Shown: piece by piece, positions 12,390-25,975 of the stretch
How the letters are laid out: each line of letters opens with the position of its first letter
How positions within the stretch are numbered: the first letter of the stretch is position 1
NCBI GenBank assembly: GCA_964016885.1
Contig: OZ024765.1
Span: 10,664,001-10,728,000 of the forward strand
DNA from: Eledone cirrhosa
Taxonomy: Eukaryota
Direction of reading: 5' to 3'
DNA length: 64,000 nucleotides
The notes under the pieces: model-generated
What the model was told of the DNA's origin: nothing
Database searches by the model: none
The model's input: only the letters and a program-made list of their open reading frames with translations
Made by a program: the position numbers and the translations under genes

Positions 12390-13140
12390 CACCATCATCA
12401 CCATCATCACCGTTTTACGTCCATTCTTCCACACTAGCATGGGTTAGACGGGTTGTCCTGTTGTGGGCAGTGTCTGGTCGGCTGACAATGCCTTGCTCAA
12501 ACAGGAACTGATTCGGCTTGATTTCTACAGCTGGATGCTCTTCCTAACACCAACCTCATTTACAGTGACTGCTGGGTGCTTTTTTGCCGTGGCACCTCCA
12601 CGACCACTTTGCAGTGGAAGGGGGTGGGGGCATATTGTCTATATGCTTCAGCTTCGGCTTGTACCCATGGTGTCGGGTCGGGTCTTCTGTATTACTGCGT
12701 GACGCCAGAGGTCACGGTCGTGTGTCATCGCCTTCGAAGGGTGTAATTGGGTAAGGTCGGCTTTTATCACCTCATCCCAGGTCTTCTTATATCAACCCCT
12801 GTATTACTGCGTGACGCCAGAGGTCACGGTCGTGTGTCATCGCCTTCAAAGGGTGTAATTGGGTAAGGTCGGCTTTTATCACCTCATCCCAGGTCTTCTT
12901 AAATCAACCCCTGTATTACTGCGTGACGCCAGAGGTCACGGTCGTGTGTCATCGCCTTCGAAGGGTCTAATTGGGTAAGGTCGGCTTTTATCACCTCATC
13001 CCAGGTCTTCTTAAATCAACCCCTGTATTACTGCGTGACGCCAGAGGTCACGGTCGTGTGTCATCGCCTTCGAAGGGTGTAATTGGGTAAGGTCGGCTTT
13101 TATCACCTCATTCCAGGTCTTCTTAAATCAACCCCTGTGC
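12390..13140 (-). mobile_element. RTE 3' fragment whose ORF end is amplified as four 112-bp tandem units
   Basis: ctgtattactgcgtgacgcc at 12687, 12799, 12911 and 13023; the unit encodes KTWDEVIKADLTQLHP...HDRDLWRHAVIQ on the minus strand. Confidence 0.85.
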
Positions 13141-13623
13141 ATTACTGGTACTTTATTTTATCCAATGAGAGCATGGTAACTAAAATAAGATCGGGATGGT
13201 AAAAGATGAGGCATCTACTATCTCTGTTGAGATATATCATCATCATCACCGTTTAATGTCCATTTTACCCGGCTAGCATGGGTTAGACAAGTTGTCCTGT
13301 TGTGAGACAAGTCAGATTAGATGACCATGTCTTGCTCATACAGAACCGTCTCTGGCTTGGTTTCTGCCAGCTTGGTAAAATGGATGCAAATGATGATATA
13401 TTTATACTGTAAATATTCACTAATTTTATATACTGTAAATGTGGTTGACATTAAGAAGGACATCCAGCCGTAGAAAACCAGCCAGAACCGCCCCCACACG
13501 AGCGAGACACAGTCACCCGACATCACTTGCCTCAAATAGGACCAGTCTAACCCATGCTATAGTGTGGAAGATGGGTGTTAATCGATGATGATGATATATA
13601 TATATATGTGTATATATATATAA

Positions 13624-13730
<107 letters not shown>

Positions 13731-14029
13731 AGGCGTGTGACTGAGTGGTTAGAGAATTGGATTCGCAATCGTAAGGTTGTGAGTTCGATTCCTGGACCAG
13801 GCGATGCGTTATGTCCTTGAGCAAGACACTTTATTTCACGTTGCTCCTTCTACCTGGAGTTGCGACCGATAGATAGTATTAGCAATTGGAAAGACCAATG
13901 GAAACATTGTTTCCTCGGTCCGATTTGACGAAAGTCGATCGATTAAAAAAAAAAAAAAATATATATACAAATGGAAGTTCACCATAATCGAAGCCCTAGC
14001 TGCAGCTAAGGTAACGAATGCAATATTTT

Positions 14030-14060
<31 letters not shown>

Positions 14061-14121
14061 ATATATTGTATCTATCTATATCTCTCTATATATATATATA
14101 TATATATATCTCTCATATATA

Positions 14122-14171
<50 letters not shown>

Positions 14172-14319
14172 GGTGAGAGAGATATAGAAAAAGAAAATGA
14201 GGCAGGCATGAATCCAAAGACGCAGCTTTCAGCAATGCTACAGTTAGTATATATTATAAGAAATACATAAAAAAAATCAATCACTTAATCCATAACTGCT
14301 ACCAATATTGATATAACTG

Positions 14320-14807
14320 TTAGAGAGAGAGAGAGGCAGGGAGGGTGTGTGTGAGGGGAGAAGATAGGTAGAGGCACGGAGAGAGAGTGGGAGTGATGTG
14401 GAGAAAGATAGGTTGAGGGAGGGAGTGAGAGAGAGAAAGGAAGATAGACAGGTGGTGAAAGATTAGGGGAGAGAGAGAGAGAGAGAGACTTTGTGACAGA
14501 GATAGAGAGATGGAGGGAGTGTGATCGCCAGAGAGAGATTAGGGAGAGAAAGAGAGTGAGTGAGTGTGTGAGAGAGGAAGATAGAGAGGTAGTGAGAGAG
14601 AGAGAGAGAGAAAGAAAGGAAGATTGACAGGTGGTGAAAGATTAGGAGAGAGAGAGAGAGAGAGACTTTGTGACACAGAGAGAGATTAGGGGAGAGAAAG
14701 ATAGTGCGTGAGAGAGAGAGTGTGTGTGTGACAAAGATAGAGATGAAGGGAGGGAGTGTGATAAGGGAGAGAGATTAGGGGAGAGAAAGATAGTTAGTGT
14801 GTCTGTG

Positions 14808-14842
<35 letters not shown>

Positions 14843-15306
14843 GATAGACAGGTAGTGAAAGAGTAGGGGAGAGAGGGAGAGAGAGACAGCTAGTGAAAGA
14901 GTAGGGAAGAGAGAGAGAGACAGCTAGTGAAAGAGCAGGGAGAGAGAGAGACAGCTAGTGAAAGAGTAGGGGAGAGAGAGAGAGACAGCTAGTGAAAGAG
15001 TAGGGGAGAGAGAGATAGACAGCTAGTGAAAGAGTAGGGAGAGAGAGAGACAGCTAGTGAAAGAGTAGGGGAGAGAGAGATAGACAGCTAGTGAAAGAGT
15101 AGGGAGAGAGAGAGACAGCTAGTGAAAGAGTAGGGAGAGAGAGAGAGAGACAGCTAGTGAAAGAGTAGGGGAGAGAGAGAGAGACAGCCAGTGAAAGAAT
15201 AGGGGAGAGAGAGATAGACAGCTAGTGAAAGAGTAGGGGAGAGAGAGAGATAGACAGCTAGTGAAAGAGTAGGGGAGAGAGAGAGAGACAGCTAGTGAAA
15301 GAGTAG

Positions 15307-15350
<44 letters not shown>

Positions 15351-15460
15351 TAGGTAGTGAAAGACTAGAGGAGAGAAAAATAGATAGATAGATAGATTGA
15401 TAGAGAGAGAGAGAGATGAAGATAGACAGGTAGTGGAAGAGTAGGGGAGAGGAAGAGAGA
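14320..15460. repeat. (GA)-rich region with a minisatellite of about 35 bp (gacagctagtgaaagagtagggga(ga)n)
   Basis: Tandem units visible directly. Confidence 0.9.
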
Positions 15461-15890
15461 GTGATGACCAGTCTAGTCCAGAATAGTCAAGTTATCTTTA
15501 TAATAATAAACACCGTAGCCATTTTTCCATATCCATTTCCCACACAACACCGAGAGCGGCTCGGCTTGCTAGAAATAGCAGCCAAATCATCTTACTCCAC
15601 CACCTGACAAAATATTAGACACCTTGGTTGATTCGATGATCCGAGATGCACTGTATGCTATGTGTGCGTGTGTGTGTGTATATATGTGTGTATATATGTG
15701 TGTGTGTATATATGTGTGTGTGTATATATATATATATATGTGTGTGTATGTGTGTGTGTGTATATGTGTGTGTATATATGTGTGTGTATATATGTGTGTG
15801 TATATGTGTGTATATATGTGTGTATATATGTGTGTATATATGTGTGTGTGTATATATATATGTGTGTGTATATTTGTGTGTGTGTATATA

Positions 15891-15935
<45 letters not shown>

Positions 15936-16127
15936 ATGTGTATATATGTGTTTGTGTGTACACACGCGCGCACACACATATACCTATTTATATATATATA
16001 TATTATAGAGTGTCCTCCAAAAATGTATACACTCAGGCAGGCTGTGCATTCTAATGAATATTGGCCTCTACAGGTAATCACAGTGTGTATACATTTTATG
16101 GGGACACCCTGTGTATATATATTAAAA

Positions 16128-16750
16128 TAGGATGGTCACGTCTGGAATGCCTTTTAATTGATCATAGATCTAGTTTGATCTTGGGGGTTGTCGGGTGGGT
16201 TATGTGGTTATCTGACTTCCTAGAAATAGCCGTTAAAACCTCCGTTAACCTCTGTTTTTCATCGTCTGCTAACACATACACACACTCACAGACTCACATA
16301 CACCTTCAATGATGCGATGGTCACGGCTGGAATGCGTTTTAATCGATCATAGATCTAGTTTGATCTTAAAGGTTGTCGGGCAGGTGGTGGTGGTGGAGAG
16401 GGTTATGTGGTTATTTGACATCCTAGAAATAGCAGTTAAAACACACACGCACTCACTCACACACACACACAGACACACACACCTTCAATGATGCGATGGT
16501 CACGGCTGGAAGGTCTTTTAGTCGATCGTAGCTGTTCTAGTGATGGCGGAGAAGGGGGTTACACGGCCGCTCGACCTGCTAGAAATAGCAGCCACCATTT
16601 CCGTTTCGTCCTTTACTGTAGTAGATTGTGTCAATTCTATGATTCTAGAGATACACGTATATGTAAACAAATGTAAACAAAAGAGACGGGATGGTCACGA
16701 ATGGAAAGCCTTTTCGTTTGAGAGCTGTCCTAAAGGGTCAGACAACACCA
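16128..16750 (+). repeat. Three to four tandem, diverged copies of a SINE-like unit of about 180 bp
   Basis: gatggtcacggctggaa...ctagaaatagcag recurs near 16131, 16316, 16495 and 16690. Confidence 0.6.
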
Positions 16751-16827
16751 CAAATGCCCTTCACGGACACATCAATAGTGTTTATTACATAACCTCATTT
16801 TTTTTTAACCATTTGACCGAGTGGGCG

Positions 16828-17890
16828 ATCTCTCTCTCTGTCTCTCAGTGTATCTCTCTCTCTCTCCCTCCTTCCCCCGTATTTTTGTATCTCTCCTTCT
16901 CTGTTTCTCTCTCTGCATCTCTCTCTCTCTCCCGTTCTCTCTGTCTCTCTCTCGTTCTCTCTCTCCGTATTTTTGTATCTCTGTTTCTCTCTCTGCATCT
17001 CTCTCTCTCTCTCTCTCCTTCCCCGTATTTTTGTATCTCTCCATCTCTGTTTCTCCTTCTGCATCTCTCTCTCTCCCGTTCTCTCTGTCTCTCTCTCTCT
17101 CTCCGTATTTTTGTATCTCTCCATCTCTGTTTCTCTTTCTGCATCTCTCTCTCTCCCGTTCTCTCTGTCTCTCTCTCTCTCTCTCCGTATTTTTGTATCT
17201 CTCCATCTCTGTTTCTCCTTCTGCATCTCTCTCTCTCCCGTTCTCTCTGTCTCTCTCTCTCTCTCCGTATTTTTGTATCTCTCCATCTCTGTTTCTCTTT
17301 CTGCATCTCTCTCTCTCCCGTTCTCTCTGTCTCTCTCTCTCTCTCTCTCCGTATTTTTGTATCTCTCCATCTCTGTTTCTCCTTCTGCATCTCTCTCTCT
17401 CCCGTTCTCTCTGTCTCTCTCTCTCTCTCCGTATTTTTGTATCTCTCCATCTCTGTTTCTCTTTCTGCATCTCTCTCTCTCCCGTTCTCTCTGTCTCTCT
17501 CTCTCTCTCTCCGTATTTTTGTATCTCTCCATCTCTGTTTCTCCTTCTGCATCTCTCTCTCTCCCGTTCTCTCTGTCTCTCTCTCTCTCTCCGTATTTTT
17601 GTATCTCTCCATCTCTGTTTCTCTTTCTGCATCTCTCTCTCTCCCGTTCTCTCTGTCTCTCTCTCTCTCCTTCCCCCGTATTTTTGCATCTCTCCATCTC
17701 TGTTTCTCTTTCTGCATCTCTCTCTCTCTCCCGTTCTCTGTCTCTCTCTCTCTCTCCGTATTTTTGTATCTCTCCATCTCTGTTTCTCTTTCTGCATCTC
17801 TCTCTCTCTCCGTATTTTTGTATCTCTCTTTCTCTGTTTCTCTCTCTGCATCTCTCTCTCTCTCTCTGTATGTGTGCACCTCTCTCTCTT
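16828..17890. repeat. (CT)-rich minisatellite, about 80-bp unit
   Basis: ccgtatttttgtatctctccatctctgtttctc recurs; the ER/SL ORFs are artefacts. Confidence 0.92.
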
Positions 17891-17945
17891 TCTCGTAGTG
17901 CTCATAAATAATAAACATTTTTGTCTGCACACGTATGTATATATA

Positions 17946-18005
<60 letters not shown>

Positions 18006-18079
18006 TAACGGGGTAAGGTGCACCTGTAAATCATGAACGTCCGTTAAATCGAAGGTAACCTAGGGGACATTGGTTTTAT

Positions 18080-18083
18080 GTGT

Positions 18084-18121
<38 letters not shown>

Positions 18122-18570
18122 ATATATATATTTGTGTGTGTGTGTATGTATGTATATGCATTGTACGTATACATGTATGTATGTATCTATGTATGTGAAG
18201 TATGTATATGTATTGTACGTATACATGTATGTATGTATGTGTGTGTGTATGTGTATGTATATGTGTATGTATGTATATAGTATGTATGTATGTATGCATC
18301 CGATGTGTATATGTATGTGCATGTATGTTTGCATATATATATAGTGTATGTGTGTGCATGTATATATGTATATATGTATGTATGTATGAATGTATATATG
18401 TATGTATGAATGTATATATGTATGTATGAATGTATATATGTATGTATGAATGTATATATGTGTGTATGAATGTATATATGTGTATATATGTATATAGTAT
18501 GTATGTATGCATCCGATGTGTATATGTATGTGCATGTATGTTTGCATATATATATAGTGTATGTGTGTGC

Positions 18571-18619
<49 letters not shown>

Positions 18620-19078
18620 AATGTATATATGTATGTATGAATGTATATATGTATGTATGAATGTATATATGTATGTATGAATGTATATATGTATGTATGA
18701 ATGTATATATGTATGTATGAATGTATATATGTATGTATGAATGTATATATGTATGTATGAATGTATATATGTATGTATGAATGTATATATGTATGTATGA
18801 ATGTATATATGTATGTATGAATGTATATATGTATGTATGAATGTATATATGTATGTATGAATGTATATATGTATGTATGAATGTATATATGTATGTATGA
18901 ATGTATATATGTATGTATGAATGTATATATGTATGTATGAATGTATATATGTGTATGTATGTATGTATGTATATAGTATGTATGTATGTATGCATCCGAT
19001 GTGTCTCTATGTGCATGTATGTTTGCATATATATATATGTGTATGTGTGTGTATGTATATATATATATATATATATAC
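18080..19078. repeat. Compound microsatellite including a 20-bp array (atgtatatatgtatgtatga)n
   Basis: Exact 20-bp periodicity over about 18600-18950. Confidence 0.92.
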
Positions 19079-19686
19079 GTCAGGTCACCAGTTGGTGCTA
19101 CTGGTAACATGTATCCCAGTACAACCTGCCTCATGGTCGGGTCGTTGGCGACTAAACTGGCAACCCCACCAAGGTCTCTTGGTGAGGAGGGTGACTTTGG
19201 ACATCCTGCAGGACTAAAAACAAAACCTGTCAAAGGGCAAAGGAGCTCTTAAGAGTCAATGGCCATCCAAAATCACCGGGAGAGATGACCCCTTAGCCTT
19301 TGTCAAGGCAGAATTCTAGGAGAAGGAAAACTCTGATATAACACCTGCAACCCTGATGGTATCCAATGATGTTGACTAGTTCTTCTTTTTGGTAAATATC
19401 ATCTTGGTTAAGAGAGTGGGACTGGCTTTGTGCAGTGCCTTTGCTCACTATAAAAGCTTCACGGCACAGGCATTGCTTTATATCTGGAGATCTCTCTGCA
19501 CTTGTCGTCACATGGTACCATGGGCCTAGCACTATGTGTCAATAATTGTCACAAGTGTAGTGTTTGTACCAGAGTTTTCAAGTCGCTGGCTGGACTAAAA
19601 AGTCACACTCATGCAGCGCTTCGGTAGGGGTTCTCCTACATGGATATAAAGTAGTGGCCGTACTCGAAAACGAGTTGGCAGCCACC
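19079..19686 (+). mobile_element. 608-bp non-autonomous element (putatively RTE-derived), copy 1
   Basis: Near-identical inverted copy at 21324-21931; contains ctaggagaaggaaaactctga, which I recall from RTE 5' regions; flanked by (TA)n. Confidence 0.65.
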
Positions 19687-19842
19687 ATATATATATATAT
19701 GTATGTATGAATGTATATATGTATGTATGAATGTATATATGTATGTATGAATGTATATATGTATATAGTATGTATGTATGCATCCGATGTGTATATGTAT
19801 GTGCATGTATGTTTGCATATATATATATGTGTATGTGTGTGC

Positions 19843-19883
<41 letters not shown>

Positions 19884-21323
19884 TGTATATATGTATGTAT
19901 GTATGTATGAATGTATATATGTATGTATGTATGAATGTATATATGTATATATATGTATATATGTATATGTATGTATGAATGTATATATGTGTATGTATGT
20001 ATGTATGTATGAATGTATATATGTGTATGTATGTATGTATGAATGTATATATGTGTATGTATGTATGAATGTATATATGTGTATGTATGTATGTATGAAT
20101 GTGTGTGTGTATGTATATATGTATATAGTATGTATGTATGTTCTACGTATATATTAATCTGCCATTGCGTAGGTGTTGAAAATACGTCTGAATCTGGTAA
20201 CTGCTGGTAAATTTCTTTTACTGCTTCACTTGGAATATATAAACATATATATATATATATATATATATATAGGCAGCTGTGTGTATATACGCACAGACAT
20301 GTATATACACATATACACACCTAGCATGGAAAAAATGGACGTAAAACGGTGATGACACAAACACACACACACACACATGTATGTATATACATATATATAC
20401 ACACATATATACATACATACACACACACATATATATGTACATATGTGTATGTATCATCATCATCATCATCATCATATGTATACACACACACATATACATA
20501 TGTGTGTGTATACATATGATGATGATGATGATACATACATATATGTACATGTGTGTATGTATATATATATGTGTATGTATGTATATATGTGTATGTATGT
20601 ATGTATGTATGTATGTATGTATGTATGTATGTATGTATGTATGTGTATATATATGTATATACACACACATACATACACATATTTATACACACACACATAC
20701 ACACATACACACATACACACATACACACATATATATATTTATATACACACACATATATATGTTTGACAAAATGGTATTTATTTTTATTTTGTATATAAGT
20801 TTTTACTGCGGGCCGTTTCCGTTTTGTCAGCTGTCTACTTAGTATATATAGAGAGGGGGAGGTGTGTGTATATGTATATGTGTGTGTGTATATATATATA
20901 TATGTATATGTGTGTGTGTATATATATATGTATATGTGTGTGTAAATGAGAGAGAGAGAGAGAGAGCTTGTGAGTAAGAGAGGGATAGGGGATAGAGAGA
21001 GGGGGGTTGGTAGGAAAGAGAGAGAGGAGGAGGGACGGGAGAGGGATAGAGAGGGGGTGGGTGAGAGAGAGAGAGAGAGGTTGTGGGTAAGATAGTGATA
21101 GAGGATAGAGAGGTGGGTTGGTAGGAAAGAGAGAGTGGGGGGAGGGACGGGAGAGGGACAAAGAGGGGGTGGGTAAGAGAAAGAGAGAGAGATTTTGGTG
21201 TAGGCACCAGACAACATTGCTGCTACTTGCCAATGTCCAGATTCCATGTGGCCCACATTGGCCCCACACCTCCTTCCCAGTTCCTACATGTCATCCATAT
21301 TACATATATATATATATATATAT

Positions 21324-21931
21324 GGTGGCTGCCAACTCGTTTTCGAGTACGGCCACTACTTTATATCCATGTAGGAGAACCCCTACCGATGCGCTGAACG
21401 AGTGTGACTTTTTAGTTCAGCCAGCGACTTGAAAACTCTGGTACAAACACTACACTTGTGACAATTATTGACACATAGTGCTGGGCCCATGGTACCATGT
21501 GACGACAAGTGCAGAGAGATCTCCAGATATAAAGCAATGCCTGTGCCGTGAAGCTTTTATAGTGAGCAAAGGCACTGCACAAAGCCAGTCCCACTCTCTT
21601 AACCAAGATGATATTTACCAAAAAGAAGAACAAGTCAACATCATTGGATACCATCAGGGTTGCAGGTGTTATATCAGAGTTTTCCTTCTCCTAGAATTCT
21701 GCCTTGACAAAGGCTAAGGGGTCATCTCTCCCGGTGATTTTGGATGGCCATTGACTCTTAAGAGCTCCTTTGCCCTTTGACAGGTTTTGTTTTTAGTCCT
21801 GCAGGATGTCCAAAGTCACCCTCCTCACCAAGAAACCTTGGTGGGGTTGCCAGTTTAGTCGCCAACGACCCGACCATGAGACAGGTTGTACTGGGATACA
21901 TGTTACCAGTAGCACCAACTGGTGACCTGAC
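21324..21931 (-). mobile_element. 608-bp non-autonomous element, copy 2 (inverted)
   Basis: ORFs 19293-19532(-) and 21478-21717(+) differ by one residue; about eight nucleotide differences by eye. Confidence 0.65.
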
Positions 21932-22069
21932 ATACATATATATATATATATATATACATACACACATACTGACGTGCATAGATATATACATACGTTCACA
22001 TACAAGAACATAAATACGCGTACACACACATAGGCACACAAATACATACACAAGAACACAAATACATAC

Positions 22070-25000
22070 ACATCATCATCATCGTTTAACATTCAGTTTC
22101 CATTCAAGCATGAGTAGGACTGTTTGACCCTTTGGAAGAGAATCAAGTCCGAGGACTGTGTTTTGCTCAGTTGGAGCTGATTTTGGCTTGGTTTATACAG
22201 TTGGATGCCCTTCCTAATATCAACCTCATTTACAGTGAGCGCTGGGTGCTTTTTGTTGTGTCACCTACATGACCACATTACAATGTCGACTGGGTGCTTT
22301 TTGTTGTGTCACCTACATGACAACATTACAGTGTGGACTGGGTGCTTTTTGTTGTGTCACCTACATGACCACATTACAGTGTAGACTGGGTGTTTTTTGT
22401 TGTCACCTACATGACAACATTACAGTGTGGACTGGGTGCTTTTTGTTGTGTCACCTACATGACCACATTACAGTGTAGACTGGGTGTTTTTTGTTGTCAC
22501 CTACATGACAACATTACAGTGTGGACTGGGTGCTTTTTGTTGTGTCACCTACATGACCACATTACAGTGTAGACTGGGTGTTTTTTGTTGTCACCTACAT
22601 GACAACATTACAGTGTAGACTGGGTGCTTTTTGTTGTGTCACCTACATGACAACATTACAGTGTGGACTGGGTGCTTTTTGTTGTCACCTACATGACCAC
22701 ATTACAGTGTGTACTGGGTGCTTTTTGTTGTCACCTACATGACCACATTACAGTGTGGACTGGGTGCTTTTTGTTGTCACCTACATGACCACATTACAGT
22801 GTGGACTGGGTGCTTTTTGTTGTCACCTACATGACCACATTACAGTGTGGACTGGGTGCTTTTTGTTGTCACCTACATGACCACATTACAGTGTGGACTG
22901 GGTGCTTTTTGTTGTCACCTACATGACCACATTACAGTGTGGACTGGGTGCTTTTTGTTGTCACCTACATGACCACATTACAGTGTGGACTGGGTGCTTT
23001 TTGTTGTCACCTACATGACCACATTACAGTGTGGACTGGGTGCTTTTTGTTGTCACCTACATGACCACATTACAGTGTGGACTGGGTGCTTTTTGTTGTC
23101 ACCTACATGACCACATTACAGTGTGGACTGGGTGCTTTTTGTTGTCACCTACATGACCACATTACAGTGTGTACTGGGTGCTTTTTGTTGTCACCTACAT
23201 GACCACATTACAGTGTGGACTGGGTGCTTTTTGTTGTCACCTACATGACCACATTACAGTGTGGACTGGGTGCTTTTTGTTGTCACCTACATGACCACAT
23301 TACAGTGTGGACTGGGTGCTTTTTGTTGTGTCACCTACATGACCACATTACAATGTGGACTGGGTGCTTTTTGTTGTGTCACCTACATGACAACATTACA
23401 GTGTGGACTGGGTGCTTTTTGTTGTCACCTACATGACCACATTACAGTGTGGACTGGGTGCTTTTTGTTGTGACCTACATGACCATTTTACAGTGTGGAC
23501 TGGGTGCTTTTTGTTGTGACCTACATGACCATTTTACAGTGTGGACTGGGTGCTTTTTGTTGTCACCTACATGACCACATTACAGTGTGGACTGGGTGCT
23601 TTTTGTTGTGACCTACATGACCATTTTACAGTGTGGACTGGGTGCTTTTTGTTGTGACCTACATGACCATTTTACAGTGTGGACTGGGTGCTTTTTGTTG
23701 TCACCTACATGACCACATTACAGTGTGGACTGGGTGCTTTTTGTTGTCACCTACATGACCACATTACAGTGTGGACTGGGTGCTTTTTGTTGTCACCTAC
23801 ATGACCACATTACAGTGTGGACTGGGTGCTTTTTGTTGTCACCTACATGACCACATTACAGTGTGGACTGGGTGCTTTTTGTTGTCACCTACATGACCAC
23901 ATTACAATGTGGACTGGGTGCTTTTTGTTGTGTCACCTACATGACAACATTACAGTGTGGACTGGGTGCTTTTTGTTGTGTCACCTACATGACCACATTA
24001 CAGTGTAGACTGGGTGCTTTTTGTTGTGTCACCTACATGACAACATTACAGTGTGGACTGGGTGCTTTTTGTTGTCACCTACATGACCACATTACAGTGT
24101 GGACTGGGTGCTTTTTGTTGTGACCTACATGACCATTTTACAGTGTGGACTGGGTGCTTTTTGTTGTCACCTTCATGACCACATTACAGTGTGGACTGGG
24201 TGCTTTTTGTTGTCACCTACATGACCACATTACAGTGTGTACTGGGTGCTTTTTGTTGTCACCTACATGACCACATTACAGTGTGGACTGGGTGCTTTTT
24301 GTTGTCACCTACATGACCACATTACAATGTGGACTGGGTGCTTTTTGTTGTGTCACCTACATGACCACATTACAATGTGGACTGGGTGCTTTTTGTTGTG
24401 TCGCCTACATGACAACATTACAGTGTGGACTGGGTGCTTTTTGTTGTGTCACCTACATGACCACATTACAGTGTGGACTGGGTGCTTTTTGTTGTCACCT
24501 ACATGACCACATTACAGTGTGGACTGGGTGCTTTTTGTTGTGACCTACATGACAACATTACAGTGTGGACTGGGTGCTTTTTGTTGTCACCTACATGACC
24601 ACATTACAGTGTGGACTGGGTGCTTTTTGTTGTGACCTACATGACCATTTTACAGTGTGGACTGGGTGCTTTTTGTTGTCACCTTCATGACCACATTACA
24701 GTGTGGACTGGGTGCTTTTTGTTGTCACCTACATGACCACATTACAATGTGGACTGGGTGCTTTTGTTGTGTCACCTACATGACCACATTACAGTGTGGA
24801 CTGGGTGCTTTTTGTTGTCACCTACATGACCACATTACAGTGTGGACTGGGTGCTTTTTGTTGTGTCACCTACATGACAACATTACAGTGTGGACTGGGT
24901 GCTTTTTGTTGTGTCACCTACATGACCACATTACAGTGTGGACTGGGTGCTTTTTGTTGTCACCTACATGACCACATTACAGTGTGGACTGGGTGCTTTT

Positions 25001-25975
25001 TGTTGTCACCTACATGACCACATTACAATGTGGACTGGGTGCTTTTTGTTGTGTCACCTACATGGCCACATTACAATGTGGACTGGGTGCTTTTTGTTGT
25101 GTCGCCTACATGACAACATTACAGTGTGGACTGGGTGCTTTTTGTTGTGTCACCTACATGACCACATTACAGTGTGGACTGGGTGCTTTTTGTTGTCACC
25201 TACATGACCACATTACAGTGTGGACTGGGTGCTTTTTGTTGTGACCTACATGACAACATTACAGTGTGGACTGGGTGCTTTTTGTTGTCACCTACATGAC
25301 CACATTACAGTGTGGACTGGGTGCTTTTTGTTGTGACCTACATGACCATTTTACAGTGTGGACTGGGTGCTTTTTGTTGTCACCTTCATGACCACATTAC
25401 AGTGTGGACTGGGTGCTTTTTGTTGTCACCTACATGACCACATTACAATGTGGACTGGGTGCTTTTGTTGTGTCACCTACATGACCACATTACAGTGTGG
25501 ACTGGGTGCTTTTTGTTGTCACCTACATGACCACATTACAGTGTGGACTGGGTGCTTTTTGTTGTGTCACCTACATGACAACATTACAGTGTGGACTGGG
25601 TGCTTTTTGTTGTCACCTACATGACCACATTACAGTGTGGACTGGGTGCTTTTTGTTGTCACCTACATGACCACATTACAGTGTGGACTGGGTGCTTTTT
25701 GTTGTCACCTACATGACCACATTACAGTGTGGACTGGGTGCTTTTTGTTGTCACCTACATGACCACATTACAGTGTGGACTGGGTGCTTTTTGTTGTCAC
25801 CTACATGACCACATTACAGTGTGGACTGGGTGCTTTTTGTTGTCACCTACATGACCACATTACAGTGTGGACTGGGTGCTTTTGTTGTGTCACCTACATG
25901 ACCACATTACAGTGTGGACTGGGTGCTTTTTGTTGTCACCTACACAAGCACTTTACAGTGTGGACTGGGTGCTTG
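22070..25975 (-). repeat. RTE 3' UTR fragment running into a 3.7-kb minisatellite of 46/48-bp units (about 80 copies)
   Basis: Unit cattacagtgtggactgggtgctttttgttgtcacctacatgacca continues directly from ggatgcccttcctaa...catttacagtgagcgctgggtgc of the RTE 3' UTR. Confidence 0.92.

Noticed and set aside
13968-14016. KFTIIEALAAAK|gtaacg resembling the AP180 N-terminus (TIxDRLxAAK)
   Set aside because: Only a 10-residue similarity, no in-frame ATG, and no connecting exon found; probably chance.
19079-19165. Possible HDV-like ribozyme at the 5' end of the 608-bp element (GTCG-TTGG-CGAC hairpin, CTAA, CCAGT/ACTGG)
   Set aside because: I could not place both P1 strands in the required order; it needs a descriptor search on the family consensus.
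20160-20240. Unique island between microsatellites, possible micro-exon
   Set aside because: Weak splice signals and no recognisable peptide.
22230-25975. CRISPR-like regular array
   Set aside because: Units are contiguous with no unique spacers, there are no cas genes, and the context is eukaryotic.
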